Shown here: in pieces, positions 47,971-60,565 of the stretch
Layout of the letters: each line of letters starts with the position of its first letter
Position numbering within the stretch: the stretch's first letter is position 1
Assembly: GCA_013239625.1 (NCBI GenBank)
Contig: MU053881.1
Span: forward strand, 8,021,957-8,085,956
Direction: 5' to 3'
DNA from: Lama guanicoe
Lineage: Eukaryota
Length of the DNA stretch: 64,000 nt
Made by a program: the position numbers and the translations under genes
Notes under the pieces: generated by a model
Database searches by the model: none
What the model was told of the DNA's origin: nothing
Seen by the model: only the letters and a program-made list of their open reading frames with translations

Positions 47971-48896
47971 GTCTCTTGAGTATGCATGCAAACGTAAGCC
48001 ACGACTCCTGGAATTTCACTGTGCCTTATAGATGCATTCCTGTTAATAGGCAGGGTTGGGAAATCTCTACTTTTTTAAAGAAGGTTGTCAGATGACAACA
48101 TTTGAGGAACCCCAGATTATCTAGAACTTCTGTGCCAGGCCAGGGCACCCTTCCGCTGCCAAAACTCTGGCACAGAGGACCTGCCCTTCCCCGGAGACCG
48201 GGGGCCTGGTCTCTTTTGTTGTAGGTTCCTTTATGCACATGCGTCCATCAGAATGGATCCTCTCCATAGTAATCACCCTCCTGCCATCAGGCCTGCCCCC
48301 AAAACTGGAATTGGCATTTTGCAGTGATGCCTGGGAGTTCTCTTCTGTGCACTAGTAGGAAAGAGAAATTGAAACCGATGCAAAAATGCTTAGAGGAATC
48401 CTAGCCACAAGATAAGTGCTGGTTAAGTGCGTGTGAGGTCGTATTGCTGTGATGATAATTATTTCTGAAGTGAAGTTTCCTGGATTAGTCTTCACAGAGG
48501 AGGTAAGAGTCAGAATTTACAATCCCACAACTTTCTCTATGAAGGCAGCTCTGATTGACAGCTGTAACATACACAGCGACGGGGTATCCAGAATGGAGAA
48601 TTAGGCTATTTGGTTTTTTTTCTTCTTCTTCTTCCTCACTGTTCACCTTCTCACGACTTCTACTCCCCACGACTTAGCAGGAAAGGCCAGGAGGGAAATG
48701 AAATGTGGTTTTTCTTACCTAGAACGTGTGGACCCCGAGTTAGCTACTCCTAACACGAGCAGACGCAGCAAAACCACTGAGGGTGGTTCCCCTGCTCTGA
48801 ACATTTCTGAGCTTCTGGAAATGGAGTGAGAGACAGCAGAACACTGAAGGGAGGTGTGTCGAGGCCTCTCTGCTGAGTGCCTGACAAGACACTGGC

Positions 48897-49109
48897 TTTT
48901 TTTTCTTTTTTTCTCTTATTTTATTTTATTTTTTGTTGTTGTGGTTGAAGTATAGTTAATTTACAATGTTGTGTTAGTTTCTGGTGTACAACACAGTGAT
49001 TCAGTCATATACATATATATATGTACACACAAATTCTTTTTCATATAGGCTGTTACTAGGTTCTGAATATATTCCTTGTGCTATATACAGTAGGACCTTG
49101 TTGTTTATC
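48897..49109 (-). mobile_element. 5'-truncated artiodactyl-type L1 3' end
   Basis: T-rich tail followed by ttgaagtatagttaatttacaatgttgtgttagtttctggtgtacaacacagtgattcag...tgtgctatatacagtaggaccttgttgtttatct. Confidence 0.9.
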
Positions 49110-50849
49110 TAAAGCATTGACTCTTGTGAAACTGCTTCCTCCGGAATCAATTGAGGGGTTGGTGATACTCAAAATGTGTCAAAGCGCCCAAGGTTATTGG
49201 GCGTGCAGCCATGATGGGTTCCCCTGTCACCCCAACACTTCAGTCAGAGAAGCTCCAATGAGATCTATTTTGTACATCTGGGTACTATGGGAACACCCAT
49301 CCAACAAAACAAATCTGCATTTAAATAATAGCGTAAAACCCACTGAAATAGATGCTGAGAGGAAACACCATGATTGATGTGTACGGGGAGCAGGAAGGGA
49401 TGGCTAGCGTAGGGTTCGGGTCAAGAGCAAGGTGAAGAGAGGTGGGTGGGAACCTTGAGGAGGGCCAGTAGGAGGGCAGCATGATCTGACCATACACGCA
49501 CGGCAGTGGGACCACGCCAGGCCCCAGTGCCCTTTAACCCTCAAGTCATTCACTCCATGACCACCCCACAAGTGCCCTCTTTTCACCTGGGACAGAGAGC
49601 AAGGGATTCGGGGGTCTTGCCCTGCCTTTCTGTGACACTGGGACTTTGGGGCAAAGCCTTAGCCTTCTGGTCTGGAAGACATGACCCAACTCCCTCCACT
49701 AATGAAACACTGGGGTGCAGATGGGTTTATAACTCATCCCCCCAAATGCCAAAACAGGCACAGCCCTGATGGGGAAAACATGCTGAAGCAAGGGCCAGGG
49801 GTTTCCAGGGGTGCCCGGTTCGCTCCCCCAGGGAGCCCGGCTGCTCCTGAGTTCTTTGTTCCTCTCCTGCCCCACTTGGTGCGCGTGGAGACTCGGGGCT
49901 CATTCGTCACGGCAGAGAACAAATGAGGAAGAAACATATGGTGAAAGAGTGACAGCCTGTGGCTTTTTAACTGAAAATTTACATGTAAATGTGAATGAGT
50001 AAAAATATCAGTTATTTTTTAATTGGCTTTCCAGATCAGCAGAAGGAAGGCCTGTTCCTGTCGGTCTGCTGGTTGCGTTGTGAGGTTCCCATCAGCATTC
50101 AGTGAACTGTCCTCTTCCCTGATTAAAACCCGCCGGTGTCTGTCTTTGTCCTCTGATCATGTCCAAACCTGATCCCATCTGTCATCCCCTCCTGTCTTCA
50201 CAACCAGTCCCCACTCCGCCACCACCCTGTCCTTGCCCCATTCTAGCCACACTCGCCTTCGCCTGCTTCTCAGATCACGCATGGCCGGTGCTTAACCGTC
50301 TGGGCGTCCTCACCACATGCGTCCTCCCTCAGCATGCTCTGCACCAGTGGGGCTCAAAATCCCGCAGGCGTTAGCGTCAACCCGGGTGGCTGAAACGCAA
50401 CGCCTGGGCGTTGTTCAGACCTTGACTGCAGACAACAAGGACTGCGCCTTTTGTCAGGTGTAATAATTGCTAAATGTTAAATTAAAAGCCCCCTTGATTA
50501 GAACTGCATACTGAAATGTATATGTGAATAAAATGACATGATGTCTGAGGTCTGCTTTTTGTTTTTTAAATTGAGAGATTTGCTTTTTAAAAAACTCCAG
50601 AAATTGCTGCTAAATGTACCAGTGGATGAATATGCCACACACACAAAACAAAACAAAATGAAACTCCAGAAAGAAAAAAAAAAAATGTTGGGGGGTGGGG
50701 GGAAGGAGAGAGGCAGGGAGAGATGAAACAAAATTAGCAAATTGTTGACAGTTGTTGAAGATGATGTTTATTATACTATTCTCTCTACTTTCACGTATGT
50801 TTTTAAATTTCCAGTTTAAAAAAAAATTTATTTCCCTGGGGGGAAAACG

Positions 50850-51160
50850 CCCCACAGGTGGCTGTTCCCCACCCACCAAGGTTCTAATTCAGAACATCTG
50901 GGACTGCATTCAAGAATTTGCATTTCTGTATGTGTGTGTATATATATGTATGTGTATGTATAACTAAACCACTTTGCTATCCACCTGGAACTAACATTGT
51001 GAATCAACTACACTTCAATTAAAAAAAAAAAAAAGAATGAAGTCCCCAGAGACTTCATTTTGCTGCAAAGACACCTCTAAAACAAAGAATTTGCGTTTCT
51101 AACAGGTTCCCAGATGACACTGATGCCACTGGTCCAAAGACCATACTTTGAGCACCATTG
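50850..51160 (+). mobile_element. MER5A hAT element split by an L1 insertion
   Basis: ccccacccaccaaggttctaattcag...aagaatttgcatttct | aagaatttgcgtttctaacaggttcccagatgacactgatgccactggtccaaagaccatactttgagcaccattg. Confidence 0.85.
50928..51084 (+). mobile_element. Very short L1 3' end, poly-A, and ~50 bp of extra sequence, within a 16-bp TSD
   Basis: tataactaaaccactttgctatccacctggaactaacattgtgaatcaactacacttcaatt, then A14 (51021-51034). TSD at 50912-50927 and 51085-51100, 15/16 identical. Confidence 0.85.
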
Positions 51161-51164
51161 CGCT

Positions 51165-51480
51165 GACCCCCACTCCCATGCACCCTTTCCCTGCATTCTT
51201 GCTACACGTCCTTCCTGTCTCCATTTCTTTCCTCTGGCTGTCGTCTTGGGTGGTTGAGCTCTCTCATTATACATGTTCCTATCATACAGGCATCTTGTAT
51301 TTCTTCATAGTGTCTAAACTGTAAATGCTCACCTGCACCATGATTTATGTTTGCCCCCTTTACAAGTCCGTAAGCTGCATGAGCAAAGAGCTAGTTCACC
51401 ACCTCGTCCCCTGTGCCTAGCACTGTGCCTGGCATACGGTAAGTGTTCGATAAATGTTTGTTCGATGGGTGGATGGATCT
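51165..51480 (+). mobile_element. L2 3' end
   Basis: gtaagctgcatgagc...tcccctgtgcctagcactgtgcctggcatacggtaagtgttcgataaatgtttgttcgatgggtggatgga. Confidence 0.8.
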
Positions 51481-51689
51481 GGAAAGACGACCCATTTTAC
51501 ATGCGGGCAGAGCATTTGGAAAGCTGTCCACATGTTGCAGAGAGAGCAGAGGAGGGAGGGCATCTGCCCAGTTAGCTGAGTCAGCCCAGGTGCCCCCTGG
51601 CAGCTGGACAAATGCCAGCTGCTGCACCTAGACCTCCCTCCCGTCCTGTGCTATTGATATAAAACAGACACAACATATGAAGAAGACAA

Positions 51690-51830
51690 GAGCCTTGTCC
51701 ACAGCATCAGGGTCCTGCATTCTCACCCCAAACTGTGTGACTTTGGGCAAACTCTTTCACCTGGGGGCCTCGGTTTTGCCATTTGTAAAGCAAGAAGTTT
51801 GGATCTTTTAGCTCCAAAATTTGCCAGGAG
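51690..51830 (+). mobile_element. MIR SINE fragment
   Basis: ctgtgtgactttgggcaaactctttcacctgggggcctcggttttgccatttgtaaa. Confidence 0.75.
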
Positions 51831-53226
51831 TCATGGGATCTGAGCAAAGATGCTTTATTCTGAACAGCATCCTAGAATGCTCACAGTATCTTGTCATTTC
51901 CCCTGGTCTCGGCCAGATCGTGTCAGCGAAGGGAATCAGAAAGAGAAGACCAACCTGATTCTTGCTTCCTGCCGGAGCCTCTGTTTGGTGCCATCCTTCC
52001 CCAGAAATTGGGAGGGGATTGGCTGTGAAAGGCTGAGAGGCCACAGAGACGGTCTTCACAGGGCCAGAGCCTCAGGGGGCACAAAACCCAAGGGGCATCC
52101 TCCTCCAGCCTCAGGTCACCCAGCTTTAGGACAGCATTCAACCCAGAAGCCTGGTTGAGACCTCAGGACAGGAGTATTTAACCAAGACTCGAAACACATG
52201 TGTGCATTTCAGACTAGTGTCCCCAAATCACGCCTATTCTTTTTCTCTCATTTCCTGTTTTTGCAATCACAGTTTTAGATAATAACCTTGAACCTATGTG
52301 GCAACACTCACAGCTTCGCTTGTTCTGTCTGTGGCTTGCTGGGAGGAATCCACTCCACGGCAGCAGTGTGCACACCCAGCATCGCTCCCCCAACCATTGC
52401 GTCTTCTTTTTGTGTGTGTTTGTACATGTCTAGAAGGTCTCCTCTTAGTTTCCTGTGCTTCAGGAAAGAGGCTGTGGTTATATTCAGAAGTAAATGAAGA
52501 AGTGATTTGGAAAGGCTCAGAGAGAGAAAGAGTGTAAGGAGGCAGGAGGATCTTGACTTTCTTTGCCGCGTGTGTTACCGAAAATAGGCTTTTACATAAG
52601 AGATTAAGAATCCTTTTTTCCCAGATATTTTGATGTTATGGTAATAGCCTTCTCAGGTCATAATGCCTTTTAACCTGATGCCCCGCTTTGTTTGGGGTTT
52701 TGTTCGTCAGGGCAGAGGACGTGTTTTCCTTTCTCTGGGTGTAGCCAAGGAGCTCCAATTATAGATTATTAAAAAGCAAGCTGCAAAGGACCAGAAGAAA
52801 GGGAGGGGCATTTGCAGGTTCAACGATATGAGGCTTAGAAAGTTGATAAGAAGGATTAGAATTGAGAGATGAAAGAAGACTTCTAAAAACCCAATCCATT
52901 CTAGGATCCATGACTTTATATATATATATATATATTCTCCAAAATTACATGAATAAAGGGGAAAGAAAGGAGGGAAGGAAAAAAAACTGGCTTTGGTTCA
53001 GAACGTCAATTATGTCTTTTTTAGATTCCCCTTTTCACAATTTATTTGACATTTTGAACAGTGGCCAGAAAAGCTATTATAACTATAAAACATATTCATT
53101 GGTATAAATCTCGTTAAGTTGAGCGATTTAATTAAGGTATTGACATGCTTAATTGATACGTGTAAGCCAAGACCGTTTTCGTATTTCATTTCCATATGCT
53201 TTCTGCTTTAAAAGAAGTGAGGAGCT

Positions 53227-53273
53227 GGAAAGAAAGAAAGAAAGAAAGAAAGAAAAGAGAAAGAAAAAAAAAA
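53227..53273. repeat. (GAAA)n / A-rich microsatellite
   Basis: gaaagaaagaaagaaagaaagaaagaaaagagaaagaaaaaaaaaa. Confidence 0.9.
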
Positions 53274-53999
53274 GGCTCCCTCCATAAAAATGCTGTAGAT
53301 TCATCTGCGCCTGACGTCCCAGGGGACCACTTCCTGCCACTCTCCTTGATTCAGAGCCAGCTACTCCTCTAAGTGGCAATGCTCGGAGGGAAGGTGATGT
53401 ATACCCAGCTTGAGTGCCTGTCAGGCCCTCTTATGATCAATAGGAGAATATTTATATTAATAAAGCACCAAGTTAATTAAATAAAACGGTCCTCTGGGTA
53501 AACTTAAGATACTACAGGATGGGCAGGGATCGATACATTCTGCCATTTGAACATTAAGTATGTGCCTTGAAATTTTATGGAGCTTTTAAAAACTCGCTTT
53601 GTAATGTAAAAAGTTTGAAACCTCCGCAAGTTTTCTCTGCCAAAACCCGGTGTCTGGTTTCCAGAGCCAAGGGGGACTGGAAGGATGGATCAGCAAGAGA
53701 GAGGGGCTTGGGGGAAGCCCCGGCAGGCCCTCCCCTGGTCTGGGGGACTCCCCTCCTCGGAGGAAGAGGGTTTGTCCCCGAGGACAAGGCTGGGCTGGGG
53801 GACGCAGGCGCGAACCCAGGGCAGGGTCCGGACAGGGAGGACGGCACCGCATTGTCCCAGAGCAGCCTCCCAGATCGCATGTGAGGGGGGTCTCGGACCC
53901 CCTCCCGTTCTCGGTCTCCCGGTTGTAGGAAAGCCCAAACGCCAGGGTCCTCTGGAGAGGGGCCTCTGCCTTCCAGCCTCACGGGCCCCTGCTGGCGTC

Positions 54000-54380
54000 T
54001 GCCTGGTCCTTTCCCTCTTGCCTTCCTCCTCTCTCGTCCTCTCAGCCCCTCTCTTTCTGTGCGTCTCTTCTTTTGTGTGTGTGTGAGGCTGTCTCCGTCT
54101 GTTTCCCTCTGTCCCATCCCTGTGCGGCTTCTTTCTCTGTGTGTCTGCCTCTCAAGGTCCCTGCTGTGCGGTGACTGTCTCTATGCATGCGTGTTGCTCT
54201 CAGGCTTTCTTTTTTCTTTTGTTTTTCCCTAGTTTTATTCTGTCTCACTGTGTCGGTCTCTTTCTCCCTCTCTCCCTCTTGGTTTTCGTCTCATCACCTG
54301 CCTGTCTTTCTCTGTCCCCATCTCTCTCTTTCTCTCGTCTCTTTATCTATCTATCCAGCCATCTCTGTCCCTCTCTGCTT
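54000..54380. repeat. CT/GT-rich low-complexity tract
   Basis: Degenerate (tctc)/(tgtc) repeats; the + strand is A-poor. Confidence 0.8.
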
Positions 54381-55484
54381 GGGTTCTCCCGCCCAGCACC
54401 CGCTGACTTTGAAGGCAAGCTCTCATTCACAGAGACAGACCCCGCGAGAGCCTCCACACCAGCACCGCCGAGGCCGTGCCCCTGGTTCCACCCCCTCTTT
54501 CCTCGAGCAGCCGTCTCCTCTTTGGGACGGGAAAGCGGTGACCTCGAGCAGCCAGGTCCATCTGCAGAGGTGACCTTCACTTCCTAAGAGGTGACGTGAT
54601 ACTCGCTGTCCCGCCTTGTCCTCTCCCATGGACTGTGTCTTCTTGTTTCTTAGCTTTGACCTACAATGCCTAACTCCCTGGGTATGTAACCTATTAATGG
54701 TGACCCTTCATTGGAATGAAAGCCCCAGGACAGTTTCAACAGGGCGGTGAGGACTCTTTTCTCAGGAAAGTAACCACAGCCAGGAATTTGCTTTAGCAGC
54801 GAAGCTAACTGGCCTTCCCACCTTGACTTTCTCAGCCTTTCCTCCGAGGGCTGTGTCCTGCGTGGCTGTGGACCCCTCAGAAACTCACGCAATTCCCCAG
54901 CTTCCTTTGGAAGATGGAGGGGGACTGGGACTTGTCCTGAGTCTGTGCAGAGGCAGCTGGATCCACAGTCTGCTCTCCGCCCAGAGCCATGTCTGTGCTG
55001 AGGACACTTCCCGGTCTGGACCCTGCCTGGGCTGGGATCTTAGCCTCTCCTCCCTGCCGTCAAACTGGCTGCCTTGTGGCTCTCCTTCTCTCTCTTCCCC
55101 CTGATGCAAGTCTCCGGCCGGCTTCTCTACACGGCAGCGGCTCACAGTCAGCCATGTCCAGCCAGCTTCCTAAGGGGTTATAGAGCACTGTGCGGCTTTA
55201 ACCCGTGTCCCTGTCCTTGCCGCCCCACCCTCTCCATCCTTGGGAGAGCCGGGGAAATCCTTAAGAGGTTGAGTCTCCCTGTAGGACCAGGGGGAGCTTT
55301 GAGGCACAGCAGGCTGAGGGGAGCCCAATTTTTGCTTTCTTTGGTATTGAACTTGACCTGGAGTTGCAGCTTTACAGTTTAAGAGCTCCTGTGCAGTATT
55401 CTCTGGGACAAGGAGGCAGGGATTGTCTTATCTTTCCACTCAGAGTGTTTGATTGCAGACTTGAACAGATGCAAGCAGTACTCA

Positions 55485-55730
55485 TAACAACTAGTGTTTA
55501 TTAAGTGCTTATGCTGAGTCAAGTAGCGTGCCAAGAGCTCTGAATTCATTGGCCGTTTTTATAGTAATTCCCTGATGCAAGTATTTTCACTGGTCCCATT
55601 CTACAGATGAGGGGACTGAGGCTCAGATAGGGTAATCTACTCATACAAAGTCACACAGCTAGCAAGGGGCCAGGTTGGAGTTCACACTGAGATCTTCCAG
55701 GCTCCTGAGCCAGGCTGTCCATACTATGTC
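55485..55730 (-). mobile_element. MIR SINE, near full length
   Basis: tttattaagtgctta...cccattctacagatgaggggactgaggctcagatagggtaa...aaagtcacacagctagcaag. Confidence 0.85.
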
Positions 55731-58700
55731 TCCCTGCCTCCTGGGACCTTGACCATATGCAGGACTTCTGGGCTCAGGTAAGAAAGGAAAGGAGTTGCAC
55801 TGCCAGGAAGAGTGTGCTCAGGCTGCAGCTAATGACCAGTCTCAGGGACGAGGGAGGTGTTTCCCCTCGATCCCCTCTCTCTCTCTCCCACCTCCTACCA
55901 CACAGGTCCTCCTGTCCTCTTTGCCTGGGACAGGGGGGTTTATTGTATCTGGCACATGGCTAGTGGCAGCAGGCTCAGGTTTGTCACTACATTTCTTCGT
56001 CTTTGCAGTTCGCTGGCTTCTCCCAGTGCTTACATCCCTCGTCTCGTGCCTTTCAAGCCAAATGGCCAGAAGCGGGTCTGGGATTAAATATTAGTGTTAA
56101 CTTCAAACTTGGTGTAAATCTATTCAACTGCGTCCATTTTTACATAAATAAGGGAGAGAATAGCGTCTGTTCTCCTGTAGTCAATACCAGGACACCCACA
56201 GGTGTGAGTTATTAGCAGTAACTGTAATTGCTTTGAGTGGAACAATGAACAGTGCGGAGGTCATGAGAAATGTCCTTCTGTGTATTATTCCCATAGCTTA
56301 ATGACTTAAGCTGTGGTATCCTTCATCCAGCGCTGGGCTTGCAGAAGGTGGCTTTGCAACTCAGAGGGCTGAGCTCTGGCGGAATTGCTTTCCTGCTTCA
56401 GTAGAAGATAATTTTGAGCCTTTCTGAAACCACGTTGATTTTTATCAGCACATGGCCCCCAGGATACCATCTCACCTTCACCATGGGGATTTCACTTGTT
56501 TATTAGGGTTCTGGAAAGTTACAAGAGACAACAGGCATCTACAAGCCACATTTTCTTGGGCTGCAGCCCTGAATTCCAAATTCCAGCCTCGGAGCAGCTG
56601 CAGCCCAAGGCAGAGCCTGCCCCGACCCCTGCCGGCTCCCGTGTCTTCAGGAAAGCAGAACGGATCACGGAGGAGTAATTCCGGTGCTACATCCTCTTAA
56701 ATGTAGAAGGGAGGAGTTGTTCAGTCCCCAGAACATTAGTCTTAGGATCAGGCACACACAGGGCATCTAGAGTGTCTGACGAATCCTTTCCTTATGATCA
56801 AGTTGAACATTTAAGGTTACAAGGTGTGGAAATTAGGAAACGGCTTTAATTGCTCCCAGACACCAGTCCCGTAGCACTGGGACTGCCTCTCTCCTTCCCA
56901 CCTCTGCTTCCACCTCTCCCACCTGCCACTTGACTTCTGCTAGTCCTCAGGCTCCAGGAGGGTTTCCAGATCTTTTAGACAGTTTGGCGGTGAGGAGACT
57001 GACCCCAGACCAGATGGTCACAAAGACAATCAGAACTTTCTCACTGCCAATCATCCCCTTCTAACATCTCCTGTATCTCGATGCTGAAAGCATCTGCTTC
57101 TGTACCTAGAGTTTCATGATTTTCTATTATCCTAGTCTCAGTGATTCAGAAACGGGGAGTTGAAACATTGTCAGGAGCACAGCCCCTTTCTGGGTCGAAT
57201 TTGTCTTCCAAATCTGTTGTACCCTCTCAGGCCAGGTTTAAACTCTATTGCAAGAAACCTAATTATTCATCTGCTTAGCCTACCTTCCCAGTGTAACTGC
57301 TCATTCCCACACTTGAGCTCAGTGCACCACACCTTGCTCGGTCGGAGGTTTTGTTTGTGTCTCCTCAGAACGCAAGCCTGTCCTAGCAGCGTTAGGTCAC
57401 ACGCGTGATGCTCCACCAGGCAGCAGAGGTGGCAGGGCAGAGCGGTGGGACCAGGGCTCTTTCTAATCCAAAGGGACAAATTGGACTTGAGGGGGAAAAA
57501 AATCCCCAGAGCTTGAAATTTATTTTCGATCATCCATGAATCAGGCAATGGCATGAAATCATTGTAACTTATTTTTTTTTAATCCATTCAACAAATATTT
57601 TTTAAGCTATGCGTCAGACCTCGTGCTCGGTTAAAGTCCCTGGGCCACAGGAAGCTAGTGAGGGGGCCAGGGAGAAAGAGCCTGTTACCTGGCCGGCTCC
57701 ATGTAGGTTAGCAGCAGCAAGCAAGCTCTCCAGACCCAAGCTCACTTTACCTGTACGCAGGCACCTCATTTCCCTTTAGCTCTTTGATAAAGTCAAATTA
57801 AAGAGTGCCCTGGGACAGAGTTAAAAGGACCACGTTGCAGGATGACTTACCATCTTGCTGGAGCTTTCTTTTCAAGGAAAGGGTCAGAGGATGTGGAAGA
57901 GAGATTGAGCCAGTCCCAGACTCACTCCCTCCTTTCTGAAGGCCAACAGGAGTGGCCACATGGTAACCAAAAATACACACCTGGAAGCCCCAAGGAAAGC
58001 ATGTTTAGAAAGCACACCATCCACCCTCTTAATTTTTGCTAATTGTTGCCCAAGCAGATTTCCACCTATGGGATCTGATGCCTGAGAACCTAGGCTACCA
58101 GGACACCGTCTGGGAGGCAAATGAGGGTGCTCAGCTCAGCAGTGAGTCAGGAAGCAGGCCAAATGCACACACTTCATTTCAGGACAATTCCGTAAACGCT
58201 CCCCGCCACGCCCGCCGCCTCCCCCTCGCTCCCAGGGTTTCCATCTCCTAATTGCAAAGGCGCCTTGGCCTGGGAATGTCTTTGTGAAGAAGAGTGGACT
58301 CCATGTGGGCCACCTCTCTCAAGAAGACACGGGGAGCAAGGACGCTTCTCCAGTTAATCAGCAAATGCCTGGCTCCAGCTTTCGGCCAAAAGATCAATTT
58401 ACATAAAGCTACTTCTCAAGATGAATGTGCCTCCCCCTCAGCTCCTCCTGCATCCCCCTTGCCCAGCCCGCATGAGACATGCTACTGGGTTTCAGGCTGA
58501 CAGTGTCAGCTGCGACAACCAAATCAGGGGTGAAAACCTCAGAGGGCTGCCGAGAGAGAGGGACCGAGGGGCAGGAGGGGGTGGGAATGGTATGTCAGTG
58601 GGAGGGAGGGTGGATTGCACAGAAATGGGTTCCCTTTCCCAGATTCTATTGGGCAGACACACAGCTTCAAACAAAGTGGGGGGAAAGAAAGGAAACCTTT

Positions 58701-59574
58701 TGAGCCAGGTGGACCTCTCCCCTGCCCACAGCCAAAACTGACAAATTAAACCAAAACATCTTACTGGGTTAAAAAAAAAAATTGGCAGGGGATTCTCTCA
58801 GGTACATAATTAGATCCTTACAACCAGGTGTCTTCTGGCACCAGATTTCTGCACGTGATGGAAGGACCTCGGAGTCGCAGTTGTGCCCTCTGAAGGGGCA
58901 CGCTGGTGATGGAGGCACAGACTCAAGTCAGATGCCAGTAGCTGGAATCCTGGTGATGCTTCCCGGACCATTTAGTGACACAGGGAAGTCTGGAGCAGAA
59001 CAGAAGGCATCATCGGGCTGATAATGAGAGCTCCCCAATCCCGTCAAATGTAACTGATTCGTTGCTACATTGTGATAATCCCAGGGATTAGTGAACTGTT
59101 AAGAAGCTCAGCCTCTGTACCAACTGGCTAGAGATGATCCGTCAATTATAATGCTGTTTCGTGAACACAAAGAGCCTTATTTGGGGTTGCGTGTGATAAT
59201 TAAATGAAGAAAGCTGCTTATTTGGACTGGAAGCATTCGTTATACCGTGTCAGACCTAGAAGGGTGGTAGTTTGGAAAGAAATCACATTAAATCCTAAGG
59301 CTGCAAGGAGGTTCTCTTCCCCCCAGGAGGGATGGCTGAATGACTGGAATATCTTAATCCACAGCTTGCCTGCCTGAATCCAGGGGTTTCTATCTTGACT
59401 GGCCCTCTCTGCATTTTCTATTTGTTACCCAGACCCACCCTCCACCCCCCACCCCCGCCAAGCAGTCCTCCACTGGGCTGCTTTAGATTGGCTCCACTGT
59501 CTACAACTCTTTCCCTCCTGTGGCCACGAGTGAACACGTGGCTGCAGCATCCAGGTCCTAGCCTTGCCCTGTAA

Positions 59575-59882
59575 CTGGGCTGTCCAGTACTGTAGGCATT
59601 TGCCACGTGTGGCCACTGAGCACTCTCAATCTGTCTGGCTCCAACTGAGATGTACATAAAATACACACCAGATTCTGAAGACTTGGTGTGAAAAAAAAGA
59701 ATGTAAAGTAGCTCATTAATATATTTTTACATCGATTACATGTCGAAGTGATCATATCTGGGAACTATCACATTAAATGCAATACTTCATTAACACTCAT
59801 CTCAACTGTTTCCTTTTATTGTTTTTAATGCAGCTAAGAGAACAACTTTAATTGCATTGGCGGCTCCTATGGGACAGCACTG
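59575..59882. mobile_element. MER33-like hAT element (second copy at 61812-62119)
   Basis: ctgggctgtccagtac...gccacgtgtggccactgagcact...aaaatacacaccagattctgaagacttgg...aagaatgtaaag...ctatgggacagcactg. Confidence 0.8.
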
Positions 59883-60386
59883 TTCTAGAGCTAGCAGGTC
59901 TTCCCTGGAGGGGTGTTGGCCTCTGCACGCCTCAGCTCTTGAGATGCTCCGTCGGCCAGCACAGAGGGTTGCTTGGCTTTGACCTGGGGGAGTTAGTTTG
60001 GATTGGCCCTGCACTCTCCCCAGCTCACCCCCTCAGTATTACTATTGTCCACTTTCAGCCTGCCTTACCCATTTGCTTTAACCTGTGAAGCCCTGATACA
60101 TTTGAGTTTGTGGTCTCCGGAACATCCGCCCAGAAAGAGGCAGAAAGGGTGCCCACGCTAGGAGCTACTCAGAGAGCCAGCCAGTAGCCCCATCTCCACC
60201 TGCAGCCTCTGGTCGCATCTCGTAGCCCTCAGGCCTCAGCCTGGGTGCTCAGCCCTGCTGTGCTTGAACAGCAGGCCTTCAAAGCTCTTCCTGATCAGCC
60301 TCCAGACGGGGTCCCTGGGTGACCTTCTAAAATATAGACTAAATGTTGTCACTGCCTGCCTCAGTCGCCTCCTGTGATGAGGCCCT

Positions 60387-60565
60387 GTCTACCCATCTAT
60401 CTGTCTGTCTGTCTGTCTGTCTACCAGTCTATCTACCAGTCTGTCTGTCTGTCTATCTATCTACCTACCTACTTACCTATCTGCCTGCCTACCTACCTAC
60501 CTACCTACTAGTCTATCTATTTATCTATCTACCAGTCTGTCTGTCTGTCTATCTACCTATCTGTC
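60387..60565. repeat. Compound (TCTA/TCTG/CCTA)n microsatellite (counterpart at ~62889-63040)
   Basis: tctatctgtctgtctg...ctacctacctac... Confidence 0.9.

Noticed and set aside
53575..54587. Overlapping 130-180 aa ORFs
   Set aside because: Explained by GC-rich and CT-low-complexity sequence that is poor in stop codons; the translations are compositionally biased.
59521..59545. Small hairpin gccacg-N8-cgtggc and nearby ccacgtgtgg
   Set aside because: A 6-bp stem is expected by chance, and the second motif belongs to the MER33-like element.
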